A DNA stretch of 64,000 nucleotides, from positions 32,001 to 96,000 of the forward strand of contig CAWCXJ010000005.1 of the NCBI GenBank assembly GCA_963799485.1. Reading direction: 5' to 3'. The DNA comes from an uncultured Trueperaceae bacterium. GTDB taxonomy: Bacteria > Deinococcota > Deinococci > Deinococcales > Trueperaceae. Positions 19,382-28,107 of the stretch are shown here, piece by piece (within the stretch, counting starts at the first letter, position 1; each line of letters opens with the position of its first letter). The position numbers and the translations under genes are program-made. The notes beneath the pieces are model-generated. The model was not told where the DNA came from, ran no database searches, and worked only from the letters and a program-made list of their open reading frames with translations.

Positions 19382-20352
19382 AAGTTCTTTTTACGTTTTT
19401 TGCCATCGTTTTTACCTCAGCTTCAGCCCAAACCCAGACCGTTCGCCTGGCCCTCGACTGGGTACCGAACACGAACCACACCGGGATTTACGTCGCGCTC
19501 GCCAAGGGCTGGTACGAAGAAGCCGGTGTGAACCTGCAAGTTTTGCCGTATGGCAGCGTGTCGCCTGAAGCGCTCGTAGCCAACGGTCAGGCCGAAGTTG
19601 CAGTTTCAGGTAGCGAAGGGGTGCTGACCTCGGTCGTTACCGAGGAACCGATTGTCTCGGTAGCGGCGATGCTGTCAACGAACACTGCGGCGCTGGCGGT
19701 GCTCAAAACGAGTGGTATCACCCGCCCGCGCGAACTCGACGGCAAAATCTACGCCGCCTACGGGGGCAACTACGAGGACGCGGTGGTCGGGGCCGTTATC
19801 CGGCACGACGGCGGTGAGGGAAATTTCAAGAGCGCCCTGCTGAACGTGGCAGGTTTCGACGCGCTCCTGGCGGGCCGCGCCGATTTCGTCTGGATTTTCG
19901 AGGGTTGGCAGGGTGTACAGGCCAAACGTGAAGGTATTGACCTGACGCTATTTAACTTCAACGACTACGGCATCCCCGACTACTACACGCCGGTACTGGT
20001 CAGTAGCGCCGCGACGATTGAACAAAACCCCGAAGCGCTGCGCGCATTTCTCGAGGCCACCGCTCGCGGCTACACCTTCGCCGCCGAGAACCCTGCAGAG
20101 GCAGCCGAACTCCTCATTGAAACTGCACCTGAGGGCAGCTTTCCCGACCCCGACCTGGTACGTGATTCGCAAAAACTCGTCTCGAGCTTTTATATTGCCG
20201 ACGGTGGAGCGTGGGGACAGCAGCGCCCGGAGATGTGGCGCGGCTACCAAACGATGCTTTTAGATGCCGGGGTTTACGGCGATAAAACCGCCGCCTTACG
20301 CAAGGCCGTCGAGAACGGGGCGCTCTTTACCAACGAACTGCTCCCGCAGTAG
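19378..20352 (+). CDS. NMT1/THI5-like substrate-binding protein (ThiY-like)
   Basis: Signal peptide, then LDWVPNTNHTGIYVA...GW, ELDGK, PDYYTPVL. Confidence 0.88.
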   Translation: MKVLFTFFAIVFTSASAQTQTVRLALDWVPNTNHTGIYVALAKGWYEEAGVNLQVLPYGSVSPEALVANGQAEVAVSGSEGVLTSVVTEEPIVSVAAMLSTNTAALAVLKTSGITRPRELDGKIYAAYGGNYEDAVVGAVIRHDGGEGNFKSALLNVAGFDALLAGRADFVWIFEGWQGVQAKREGIDLTLFNFNDYGIPDYYTPVLVSSAATIEQNPEALRAFLEATARGYTFAAENPAEAAELLIETAPEGSFPDPDLVRDSQKLVSSFYIADGGAWGQQRPEMWRGYQTMLLDAGVYGDKTAALRKAVENGALFTNELLPQ

Positions 20353-20433
20353 GGCGCGCGAAGCAACGAGCGGCGAAGAAAAACGCGTTGCTTGCTATCA
20401 CTTCTCTTTACCGCCTTGCTTTGGTACCGCTTT

Positions 20434-20482
20434 TTACTGTGCGCTCACCTTACTGTACGCTCCACCTTACTGTGCGCTCACC
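20434..20482. repeat. Three near-identical ~16-17 bp copies of the aroH 3' end
   Basis: TTACTGTGCGCTCACC / TTACTGTACGCTCCACC / TTACTGTGCGCTCACC. Confidence 0.85.
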
Positions 20483-20847
20483 AGGTCGGGGCGCAATTTT
20501 ACAGCCTCACGCAGATAGATATGCCGCATCTCGCGCTGCGTTTTGGTGGTATTGACCTGGAGCATCACCCGCACGGCCCGTGGCAAACGGTTCGGTACCG
20601 GAATCTCCTGATTGCACATTAAAGGCACCAGGTTCATCCCGAGTGCCCGCGCCGCCTCTGCCGGAAAGGTGCTCGTCAGGTCGGGCGTGGTGGTAAAGAA
20701 AATGGCTGCGATGGCCTCGAAATCGCGGATTTCGTTTTCGCGGAGCATGGTCGCCAAAAGCTCTTTGGTCGCCGTCAAAATCAGTTCGGGTTCGTCTTGT
20801 TCGACCGTCGTCGCGCCGCGAATACCGCGCACCCAGGTTGGTTCCAT
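20467..20847 (-). CDS. aroH: Chorismate mutase, AroH class
   Basis: RGIRGATTV, FTTTPDL..FPAEAAR, VPLMCNQEIPV, HIYLREAVKLRPDL. Leaderless TACACT-6nt-ATG. Confidence 0.93.
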   Translation of the reverse strand: MEPTWVRGIRGATTVEQDEPELILTATKELLATMLRENEIRDFEAIAAIFFTTTPDLTSTFPAEAARALGMNLVPLMCNQEIPVPNRLPRAVRVMLQVNTTKTQREMRHIYLREAVKLRPDLVSAQ

Positions 20848-20999
20848 GAGGAGAGTGTAACACTGCCCCCGGGCAAGGTCACAAAGTTCTCTCAACACCC
20901 GGTTTACGCCCGGACGTTTTACACCCGGACATTCTCGAAGGATTTTCAAGCGCTTGCTCCGTTACCGTCTTGCTGAAGGTTGTTTTATAAACTGTAAAG

Positions 21000-22481
21000 A
21001 TGACGCGTGGGGTTTTGTATGCGGTTTTCGCTCTGGCGCTCGGGCTCGCCGGTTGTCTGCCGATTCCCAACTTGCGCGCCGACCTGAACCTTCCGGTAGC
21101 GCCGCAGCGGATAGAGGCAGAGAGGGTTAAAACGCAGTACGTTTCGCTGCCCGGTGACAAAGCGCCGGGGACGCCCGAACCGCTTAACCGTAGCTATTAT
21201 CTGCGCTACTACGCACCGGACGCGGCGGGCAAAGACCCGGATACCGTTCTTATCTTGATGCCGGGGATTTTCGGCGGGGCGACGAGTTTCGATGTTTTGG
21301 CGCGGCAGCTCGTCGCCAGCCGCGCGGGGCTCGAGGTCTGGGCTATCGACCGCCGGGCGAACGGGCTCGAGGACGCGAGCGCGCTACAAGAAAGCCTCCG
21401 CACCCGTAATCCGAACATCGCCTACCGCTACTACGTTCAGAACGCCGGGACACCCGCCGGGTTCAACGCCGTTCCGGACGAAGACTTGGGTTTTATGCGC
21501 CGCTGGGGGCTCGTCACTCACCTCCGCGACCTGCACGAGGTCGTCAAACGGGCCAACGAACGGGCCGAAACCGTCGTGTTGGGCGGGCATTCGCTGGGCG
21601 CGAGTATCGTCGGTCTTTACGCGGCGTACCGTTTTCCTGAAGGTCTGGGTGACGCGCAGTTAGATGGGCTTTTACTGCTCGACGGGACGCTCGGGCGTAC
21701 CGGCGCGTTTGGTCTTACCGCCGGGCTTTCTCTCGGGAATCTCGAGCTGATCCCCGCCGCAACCGGCTACGACGCAGGGCGGGGCGCACCGTTTTTGTCT
21801 TTCGGGTTGGGGCCGGGGTTTTACGCGGCGCAAGAGGCGCGGGCGCTGCTCGCCCGCTTTCAACCTGACGAGCTTGCACCCGACGCGGCGTTTCCGGAAA
21901 CGAACCTGGCGTATGTAGGCGTTCGCGCCGACGAGGATTACGCCGTTTCAGCGACCTTCGGCGCATCTTTGGGCGAAGCGGTCGGGGCGCGTTACGGTGG
22001 CAATTTGCTCGCTTTTCTGATCGACGGCACCGGGAGTAGCTCGAGCCGCACCGTGGCCGGGGTCGCCGCCGGTTTTGACGAAGTAAGCTGGAGCCCCGGC
22101 GACCCGGGCCGCGAGTACAGCGATATGTCTGCTTACCTCCGCGCCCGCGTCACACCGGAAAGCGACTTCAACGAGTGGTATTTTCCGCTCCGGCTCCTCG
22201 TCGATATGAGCGAGCTGCCGCTCGATCTCTCCGGTCGGGCCGACTTTGCCCCTCACAGCGACGTGACGGTGCCGACGCTGGCCATCGGGGCGGGGCGCGG
22301 GTTGGTCACAAGTCTGGACGGATTTTCGGCGTACAGCAACCTGCGGGCGAGCGCGCTGTTCTCGAGCTACGTCATTCCCGGTCTTACCCACATCGATATC
22401 GTCACGGCCCGCGACAACCCGGTCGTGCCGCTGTTCGACCGCTGGCTGGCGCAGATTATGCAGCTGCGGCGAAACGAGTAG
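21000..22481 (+). CDS. Lipoprotein alpha/beta hydrolase
   Basis: Lipobox LAGC, nucleophile elbow GHSLG, C-terminal THID. Confidence 0.8.
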   Translation: MTRGVLYAVFALALGLAGCLPIPNLRADLNLPVAPQRIEAERVKTQYVSLPGDKAPGTPEPLNRSYYLRYYAPDAAGKDPDTVLILMPGIFGGATSFDVLARQLVASRAGLEVWAIDRRANGLEDASALQESLRTRNPNIAYRYYVQNAGTPAGFNAVPDEDLGFMRRWGLVTHLRDLHEVVKRANERAETVVLGGHSLGASIVGLYAAYRFPEGLGDAQLDGLLLLDGTLGRTGAFGLTAGLSLGNLELIPAATGYDAGRGAPFLSFGLGPGFYAAQEARALLARFQPDELAPDAAFPETNLAYVGVRADEDYAVSATFGASLGEAVGARYGGNLLAFLIDGTGSSSSRTVAGVAAGFDEVSWSPGDPGREYSDMSAYLRARVTPESDFNEWYFPLRLLVDMSELPLDLSGRADFAPHSDVTVPTLAIGAGRGLVTSLDGFSAYSNLRASALFSSYVIPGLTHIDIVTARDNPVVPLFDRWLAQIMQLRRNE

Positions 22482-22523
22482 CTTTGGTTGGTCGAAATAT
22501 ATGAGGTTGGGCTAAACTGCGGG

Positions 22524-23315
22524 ATGTTCGACGTTAAAGAGCAGTACAAAGACGCCTCGAATCTGGACGCCCGCGCCGCGCTCCACAGCCGCTTCAGCCT
22601 CAACCGGGTGAACTGGCACCGCTGGGTGTTCGAGCATTTCACCTTACCCGGCGGGGCGAGGGTGCTCGAGCTGGGCTGCGGTTCCGCTAAACTCTGGTGT
22701 GAGAACTTGGCGCGAATCCCTGAAGGCTGGAACATAACGTTGACCGATTTTTCAGCCGGGATGATCTCCGAAGCCGAGGCGAACTTGCCGGACTCGTTTA
22801 CGTTTGCCGTCGCCGACGCGCAAGACCTGCCCTTTGCAGACGCCGTATTCGACGCGGTTGTCGCCAACCATATGTGCTATCACGTGCCGGATTTACCCCA
22901 AGCTTTGGGCGAAGTGCGGCGCGTGCTCAAACCCGGTGGGCGACTTTTTACGGCGACGAACGGCGAAAATCACATGCGTGAGCTGGACGACCTGTCCCAA
23001 GACTTGGTCGCAGGGGGCGTCGTGAGGCTCTTCTCTGAGACTGCTCACGTGACCGACTTTACGCTCGAGACCGCCCCGGATTATCTTCGCCCCTACTTCT
23101 CCGACGTAAAGTTGCACCGTCCTGGAGGCGACCCCGCTTTGCTGGTGACTGAAGCCGACCCCATCACGGCTTATATCTTGTCGGTGACGCCGGACAAGCT
23201 TAAAAACGACTCCGAGAAAATGGCGGCTTTACGGGAACGCGTCAACCGAGCTCTGGCTGAAACCGGCGGTGTGCGAATTACGAGAGCGGTAGGGCTTTTC
23301 GAGGCTCGAGTCTAG
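22524..23315 (+). CDS. Class I SAM-dependent methyltransferase
   Basis: VLELGCG, TDFSAGM, DAQDLPF..FDAVVANH, EVRRVLKPGG. Confidence 0.9.
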   Translation: MFDVKEQYKDASNLDARAALHSRFSLNRVNWHRWVFEHFTLPGGARVLELGCGSAKLWCENLARIPEGWNITLTDFSAGMISEAEANLPDSFTFAVADAQDLPFADAVFDAVVANHMCYHVPDLPQALGEVRRVLKPGGRLFTATNGENHMRELDDLSQDLVAGGVVRLFSETAHVTDFTLETAPDYLRPYFSDVKLHRPGGDPALLVTEADPITAYILSVTPDKLKNDSEKMAALRERVNRALAETGGVRITRAVGLFEARV

Positions 23316-23348
23316 CCCCGTTCTCAAACTTTCAGGTACGCTTGAAAA

Positions 23349-24628
23349 ATGCTCGATCTACGGCTTATCCGCGACAACCCCGAGGCAGTGCGGCGCGCGG
23401 TTCGCGCCAAACAGCTGCCGAACGTACTGGGAACACTCGACCAGGTAATTTTGCTCGACGAAGAAAACCGGCTTTTACGGAGCGACTTGGAAGCCAAGCA
23501 AGCGACGCGCAACGCCAGCAGTAAAGAGATCGGGCTGCGTAAAAGACGGGGTGAAAACGCCGACGACCTCATCCGCGAGATGGGGACGGTCAGCGAAGAG
23601 GTCAAGCGCTTGGAGGAAAAGAGCCGCAGCTTGGACGCACAATTAAACGCCTTGTTGCTCGAGCTGCCCAACTTGCCCGACGAGAGCGTCCCCTACGGCG
23701 AATCCGAACACGACAATCAGGTGGCCTTTGAGCGCGGCAGCAAACCCGAGTTCGACTTCGAGCCGAAACCGCACTGGGAGCTCGCTTCTGAGCGCGGCTG
23801 GCTCGACCTTACGGCGGGCGTCAAAACGAGCGGGGCCGGGTTTCCCATCTTTAAGGGCGTCGGCGCACGGTTTTTGCGTTCGCTGGTGCAGTATTGCCTC
23901 AACGCGGTGGTGGACGCGGGCTATACCGAAGTCACGGTACCGCTTTTAGTCACGCCCGAGAGCGCGAGCGCGACCGGACATCTGCCCGACAAAGAGGGGC
24001 AGATGTACAGCGTCACCGACGGGTTTTATATCATCCCCACCTCGGAACTCGTGCTGACCGGCATGCACCGGGATGAGATTTTGGACGCGGCGGCGTTGCC
24101 GCTCAAATATACGGCGGCGAGCGCCTGTTTGCGCCGCGAGGCGGGAAGTTACGGCGCACACGTGCGCGGCATCAACCGCGCCCATCAGTTCGACAAGGTA
24201 GAGATGGTGCAGTTTACCAGCCCGAAGACTCTTACGCGGCGATGGAAGAGATGACGGCGCTCTCCGAAGGGCTATTAGACGCGCTGGGTCTCCCTTACCG
24301 CAGGCTCGACATGTGTACCGGCGACATCGGCTTTACCCAGGCAAAAAAGTACGATTTGGAGGTTTGGAGCGCGGGGCAGGGGCGGTGGCTCGAGGTCTCT
24401 TCAGTCTCCAACATCACCGACTTTCAGGCGCGGCGACTGCAAACCCGCTTTCGTGAGGGCGGTGCGCAGGGCAAGGGCAAAACCGAGTTGGTGCATACGC
24501 TTAACGGCAGCGCGTTCGGCATGCTCCGGATGGTAGCGGCGCTGTTCGAGCACTATCAGGAGGCGGACGGCAGCGTCGTCGTGCCGGAGGTGTTACGGCC
24601 CCTTGTGGGTAGGGAGAGGCTCGAGTAA
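23349..24628 (+). CDS. serS: Seryl-tRNA synthetase, split by a 1-nt frameshift near 24221
   Basis: MLDLRLIR, LPNLP, IPTSE, RREAGSYG, HQFDKVE; second frame YDLEVW, EVSSVSN.TDFQARR, HTLNGS. One extra C in accagcccgaa restores TSPEDSYAAMEEM. Confidence 0.93.
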
Positions 24629-24640
24629 ATAGCAAGTAAA

Positions 24641-24708
24641 TAGCAATGAGTGCCGAGCAATGAGCAACGCGTCGAAAAGCTTTTACGCGTTGCTTATTGC
24701 TCGTTGCT
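24641..24708. repeat. Palindromic intergenic repeat, copy A
   Basis: GAGCAATGAGCAACGCGT...AAAAGCTTTT...ACGCGTTGCTTATTGCTC; related copies near 51488 and 58625. Confidence 0.8.
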
Positions 24709-25227
24709 GTCCTTCAAAAACCGGGCGTTCAGCTCGGCGATAACGCTCCGCATCAGCCTGGTGCCGTCGTTTGAAATCGTTCCGTCCGGGCCTTGCGCCG
24801 AGTAGATTAACGACGCGCCCGCTGCGGTCGGCCTGATGACCACGGTGATGATGGTTTGTTCGGGGTTGGAGCGTTGCACCGGTACACTGAACGCGAGCCC
24901 TAGACCTGAAAAAAAGCTGTACGAGCCCCGGTGTTCACCGATATCGGCGTTTTCAGGAAAACGGTAGCGGTACTGGAGGTTGGTTGAAGGCCCGCGTTCG
25001 TTACGTACGGCGGTGATGAGGCCGGTTTGGGGGTCGGCCTGCGTGACCGAAAAGGTGAGGCGGTCGAGGCCGACGGGGACATAAGCGGCGGTCAAGGTTT
25101 GCAGGGTCGTATCGAACAGGTTGCGGTAGCTCGTCGGGTAGAGAACCGGGGTGTCGGGTGGATAGAGGCGCGTTGCCGGAACGCACGCGCTAAGGAGAAC
25201 GAGTAAGAGCAGAAAGGTTCGTTTCAT
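24694..25227 (-). CDS. Hypothetical lipoprotein
   Basis: MKRTFLLLLVLLSAC lipobox; RBS GGAGG. Confidence 0.75.
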   Translation of the reverse strand: MKRTFLLLLVLLSACVPATRLYPPDTPVLYPTSYRNLFDTTLQTLTAAYVPVGLDRLTFSVTQADPQTGLITAVRNERGPSTNLQYRYRFPENADIGEHRGSYSFFSGLGLAFSVPVQRSNPEQTIITVVIRPTAAGASLIYSAQGPDGTISNDGTRLMRSVIAELNARFLKDSNEQ

Positions 25228-25348
25228 GACGCCTCCACAAAAGTATTTACGGCAAGGTTTACGGCAAGGTCCATGCCTGTGTGTAGCGCCCCTAAGCCTA
25301 CCCACCGGAGCGATGAAAAGTCCTTAAGTTTCATGAACTGTTCTAAAT

Positions 25349-25642
25349 CTACTCACCACTTTCGACAGTACGCGGCACCTTGAAAAAGCCGTTTTCAGCC
25401 TCGACTGCGAGGGTTTTGTCGTCTTTTTGCGCGAGCCCCGAATGAACCGTGTCGTCGCGAAAGACGTTACGCAGCTCGAGCGGGCGGACGAGTTCTTCAA
25501 CCCCTGCGGTATCTAGTCCCGACAAACTCTCGAAATAGGTCAACAGCGAATTGAGGTCGCCTTTAAGACTCCGGGTTTCCGCGCCGGAAAGCTCTAAACG
25601 GGCGAGCATTTTGAGATGCGCCATTTCAGCGTCGCTAAGCAT
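25349..25642 (-). CDS. gatC: Asp/Glu-tRNA amidotransferase subunit C
   Basis: LARLELS...L..LDT.GVE...NVFRDD...GFFKVPR. Confidence 0.9.
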   Translation of the reverse strand: MLSDAEMAHLKMLARLELSGAETRSLKGDLNSLLTYFESLSGLDTAGVEELVRPLELRNVFRDDTVHSGLAQKDDKTLAVEAENGFFKVPRTVESGE

Positions 25643-25745
25643 AGGGCAGTTTACCGTGTCGGCTGGGTTTTATAACAGCCATGGCTCCGGCAGTTGGGCG
25701 TTTTCACTACGGTTAAAACGTGCACTTGTACACTATGATAGCGCT

Positions 25746-26504
25746 ATGAGCATCGAGTCCCTTCTCGCAAACGAAAAAATCAAGCAAATCCTCGTTCTCG
25801 TCGTGACCTGGGTCGGTATCATCGTCCCGTTTTTTACGGCGGTAAATAACTTTACGCCCGGCGGCCCGGCGGATACTTACGGGCTCGAGCCTCTTGTCAC
25901 CCCGTCCCCCTACGCCTTTTTGATCTGGGCCCCGATCTATCTAGGGCTGCTCGCGCTCGCGGTCTATCAGGCGCTCCCCGCCCGGGAAGACGACCCCGTG
26001 TTAAAAAAACTCCGTCCTTGGCTGGCGCTAACGGCAATTCTCAACGCAGTCTGGCTTTACGCCGTCGCTGCCGGAGGTGTCTGGCTCCCTGTCCTGACGA
26101 TCTTCGCACTTTTAGCGACTGCGCTGGCGCTACGCTACGCTTTTGGTATCGGCGTTAAGCACGAGGGCGTCATGCGCTGGCTCGGGTATTCGGTCAGCCT
26201 TTACGCCGGTTGGCTGACGCTGGCGACGATTGTCAACACGTCTAGCGCGCTGCTCCTGTCCGGTTGGACGGGCTGGGCGACCTTTTGGGCTATCGTGATG
26301 CTGCTCGTCGGCACCATTATCGGGCTTACGGTGCGCGTCAACTGGCGCGACCCGGTTTACGGCGGCGTCTTCGTCTGGACGCTTTTGGCGATTGCTACCG
26401 GGCAGTGGGGACACCCACTGGTGATTATCGTCGCGCTCTTGCTGATGCTCGTTTTTGCCATGACGTTGTTGCCGCCTGTTCTCAGGGGCCGCAAAGCGGT
26501 TTGA
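25746..26504 (+). CDS. Tryptophan-rich (TspO/MBR-like) membrane protein
   Basis: TPSPYAFLIWAPIY, NAVW, SLYAGWLTLATIVN, many TM segments. Confidence 0.75.
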   Translation: MSIESLLANEKIKQILVLVVTWVGIIVPFFTAVNNFTPGGPADTYGLEPLVTPSPYAFLIWAPIYLGLLALAVYQALPAREDDPVLKKLRPWLALTAILNAVWLYAVAAGGVWLPVLTIFALLATALALRYAFGIGVKHEGVMRWLGYSVSLYAGWLTLATIVNTSSALLLSGWTGWATFWAIVMLLVGTIIGLTVRVNWRDPVYGGVFVWTLLAIATGQWGHPLVIIVALLLMLVFAMTLLPPVLRGRKAV

Positions 26505-26652
26505 CATCGGTTTGACATCGGTTTGGCACCGCGCGTACCCGGGTAACCGAGTGCACTTGAACCTGTCGGGGCCTGCGCCGTAAACGGCTGCTTTTAAGAA
26601 CTGTCCCGTTTGTTTGCCCAAATGATGGGGCGGCGGAGGTACCGTATCTTGG

Positions 26653-27384
26653 TTAGTACAGCTGTAAACCCAGATAGTAAAGCGCGACGACCAGTAAAAG
26701 CGACGGCAGCAAACTCGCCACCCGAATCTGCTTGATTTCCAAGAGATTAATCCCGAGCCCGATAATCATCAGCCCGCCGACGCCGTTAATCAGCAGCACC
26801 CGCGGGTCATTCGCCGGGTCGGGGATAAGGTTGGCGAACAGTCCGGCGGAAAGCGAAAGCGTTCCCTGATAGAGCGCAATCACGACTGCCGAAAAGATCA
26901 CGCCGAACCCGAAAGTAGCAGATAAAGCGAGCGCCGCAAAACCGTCTAAAGTTGACTTCAAGACCAGAAACGAATCATCCCCGGTAAGACCGTTTTGAAT
27001 CGACCCGATCAGAGTCAGCGGCCCGACGCAGAAGAGCAGGCTGGCCGCAACGAAGCCTTCGGTAAAGCGGCCTTGCCCCTTAAAACGGCGTTTGAGGGTT
27101 TCACCGAGACGCTCGAGCCCCTCTTCCAGCCGCCACCATTCGCCTAAAATCCCGCCGAGCGCGAGCGCGATGAGCGCCACGATAATCCCCGGCGGGCGGC
27201 TCACTTCGTTTAGGTCGAAGGCGTTGTCGATGCCGATAAAAAGCGTGGTCAGACCGATTGCCTGCATGGTCGTGCGAACGATGCGTTCAGGCAGGCGTCC
27301 GCGCAAAAGCAGCCCGAGCGCCGACCCGACGAGGACGGTGACGAGGTTGACAAGCGTCCCGGAGGTTTGTTCAAAAAGGCTCAC
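26653..27384 (-). CDS. DUF554 family membrane protein
   Basis: GTLVN, GE...EEGL, EGFVAASLLFCVGPLTLIGS..GLTGD...KSTLDG. Confidence 0.88.
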   Translation of the reverse strand: MSLFEQTSGTLVNLVTVLVGSALGLLLRGRLPERIVRTTMQAIGLTTLFIGIDNAFDLNEVSRPPGIIVALIALALGGILGEWWRLEEGLERLGETLKRRFKGQGRFTEGFVAASLLFCVGPLTLIGSIQNGLTGDDSFLVLKSTLDGFAALALSATFGFGVIFSAVVIALYQGTLSLSAGLFANLIPDPANDPRVLLINGVGGLMIIGLGINLLEIKQIRVASLLPSLLLVVALYYLGLQLY

Positions 27385-27966
27385 TTATGAGGTCGGCTTA
27401 CCGGGTTTTGCAGAGTTCGCGGGCACTTTTCCGGGCGTTTCTCCGTTGCCGCGCGTCAGCACCAACACCGTCACGAGCAGCGCGGCGACAAGCGGCAGGC
27501 CGATTAGCCACAGCAGCCAGGTACGCCACCCCGCCGCGCCGGTCGCCGCCGGCGGAAAATTGAAGTCCTGCGCGGGATTCGCGCTGCCGACGCGCAGCGG
27601 TTCGGAGAGCGGGGCGTTCGCTTCTTCTTGCCGGTAGGTCTGGTCGCGGAGTAAAACGCGGTATGGGCCGGGTTGCAGGGGCGCTACAGCACCTTCGTAA
27701 ACCCCGGCAGTGTCCGTCTCGGTAAACTCGGCGCGGACGGGTTCAGCGTCCGGGCTCCAGGCGGGTTGCAACTCGGCAAAAACGACGGCAGCTTCGATAG
27801 GAACTTGGGTGGGGTCTTCAAGCTTCAGCCGCAACGTAAAGGGTACGCCCGCTGCGGGGCGCGCCGGTTGCACCTCGAGGTGACCCAAAACAATCGTCGC
27901 GTGCGCCGCAGCCGTATGCGTTCCGGTGAGGCCCAGCAAAATCAACATCAAAAGGGTGACGCGCAT
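27385..27966 (-). CDS. Secreted, membrane-anchored Ig-like (YtkA/FixH-like) hypothetical protein
   Basis: Signal peptide ending AAAH, a GVYEG motif, C-terminal TM helix; abuts the DUF554 gene. Confidence 0.55.
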   Translation of the reverse strand: MRVTLLMLILLGLTGTHTAAAHATIVLGHLEVQPARPAAGVPFTLRLKLEDPTQVPIEAAVVFAELQPAWSPDAEPVRAEFTETDTAGVYEGAVAPLQPGPYRVLLRDQTYRQEEANAPLSEPLRVGSANPAQDFNFPPAATGAAGWRTWLLWLIGLPLVAALLVTVLVLTRGNGETPGKVPANSAKPGKPTS

Positions 27967-28107
27967 TCTTTACGATACGCTTTTTGGGCTTCGGGAGGCC
28001 GTTTTAGCGGCGGCGAGGGCGGCTCCGGACGCGCCGCTGAAACCGTGTAACTATCGCCCTCTTGTACAAGGGCGATGTGTTAGTGTCGTGAGCGGTAAGG
28101 GGTAATT

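Noticed and set aside
20875..20895. Fourth copy of the TGTAAGAA box upstream of aroH (TGAGAGAACTTTGTGAC, minus strand)
   Set aside because: Mismatched core, and spacing to the -10 is 35 nt rather than 27-28.
24215..24254. Programmed ribosomal frameshift in serS
   Set aside because: No slippery heptamer or stimulatory structure is evident; a single-base consensus error is simpler.
27995..28080. Possible c-di-AMP (ydaO) riboswitch upstream of kup
   Set aside because: Two hairpins are present (TTTTAGCGGCG...CGCCGCTGAAA; TCGCCCT..AGGGCGA), but the conserved ydaO blocks are not recognisable.
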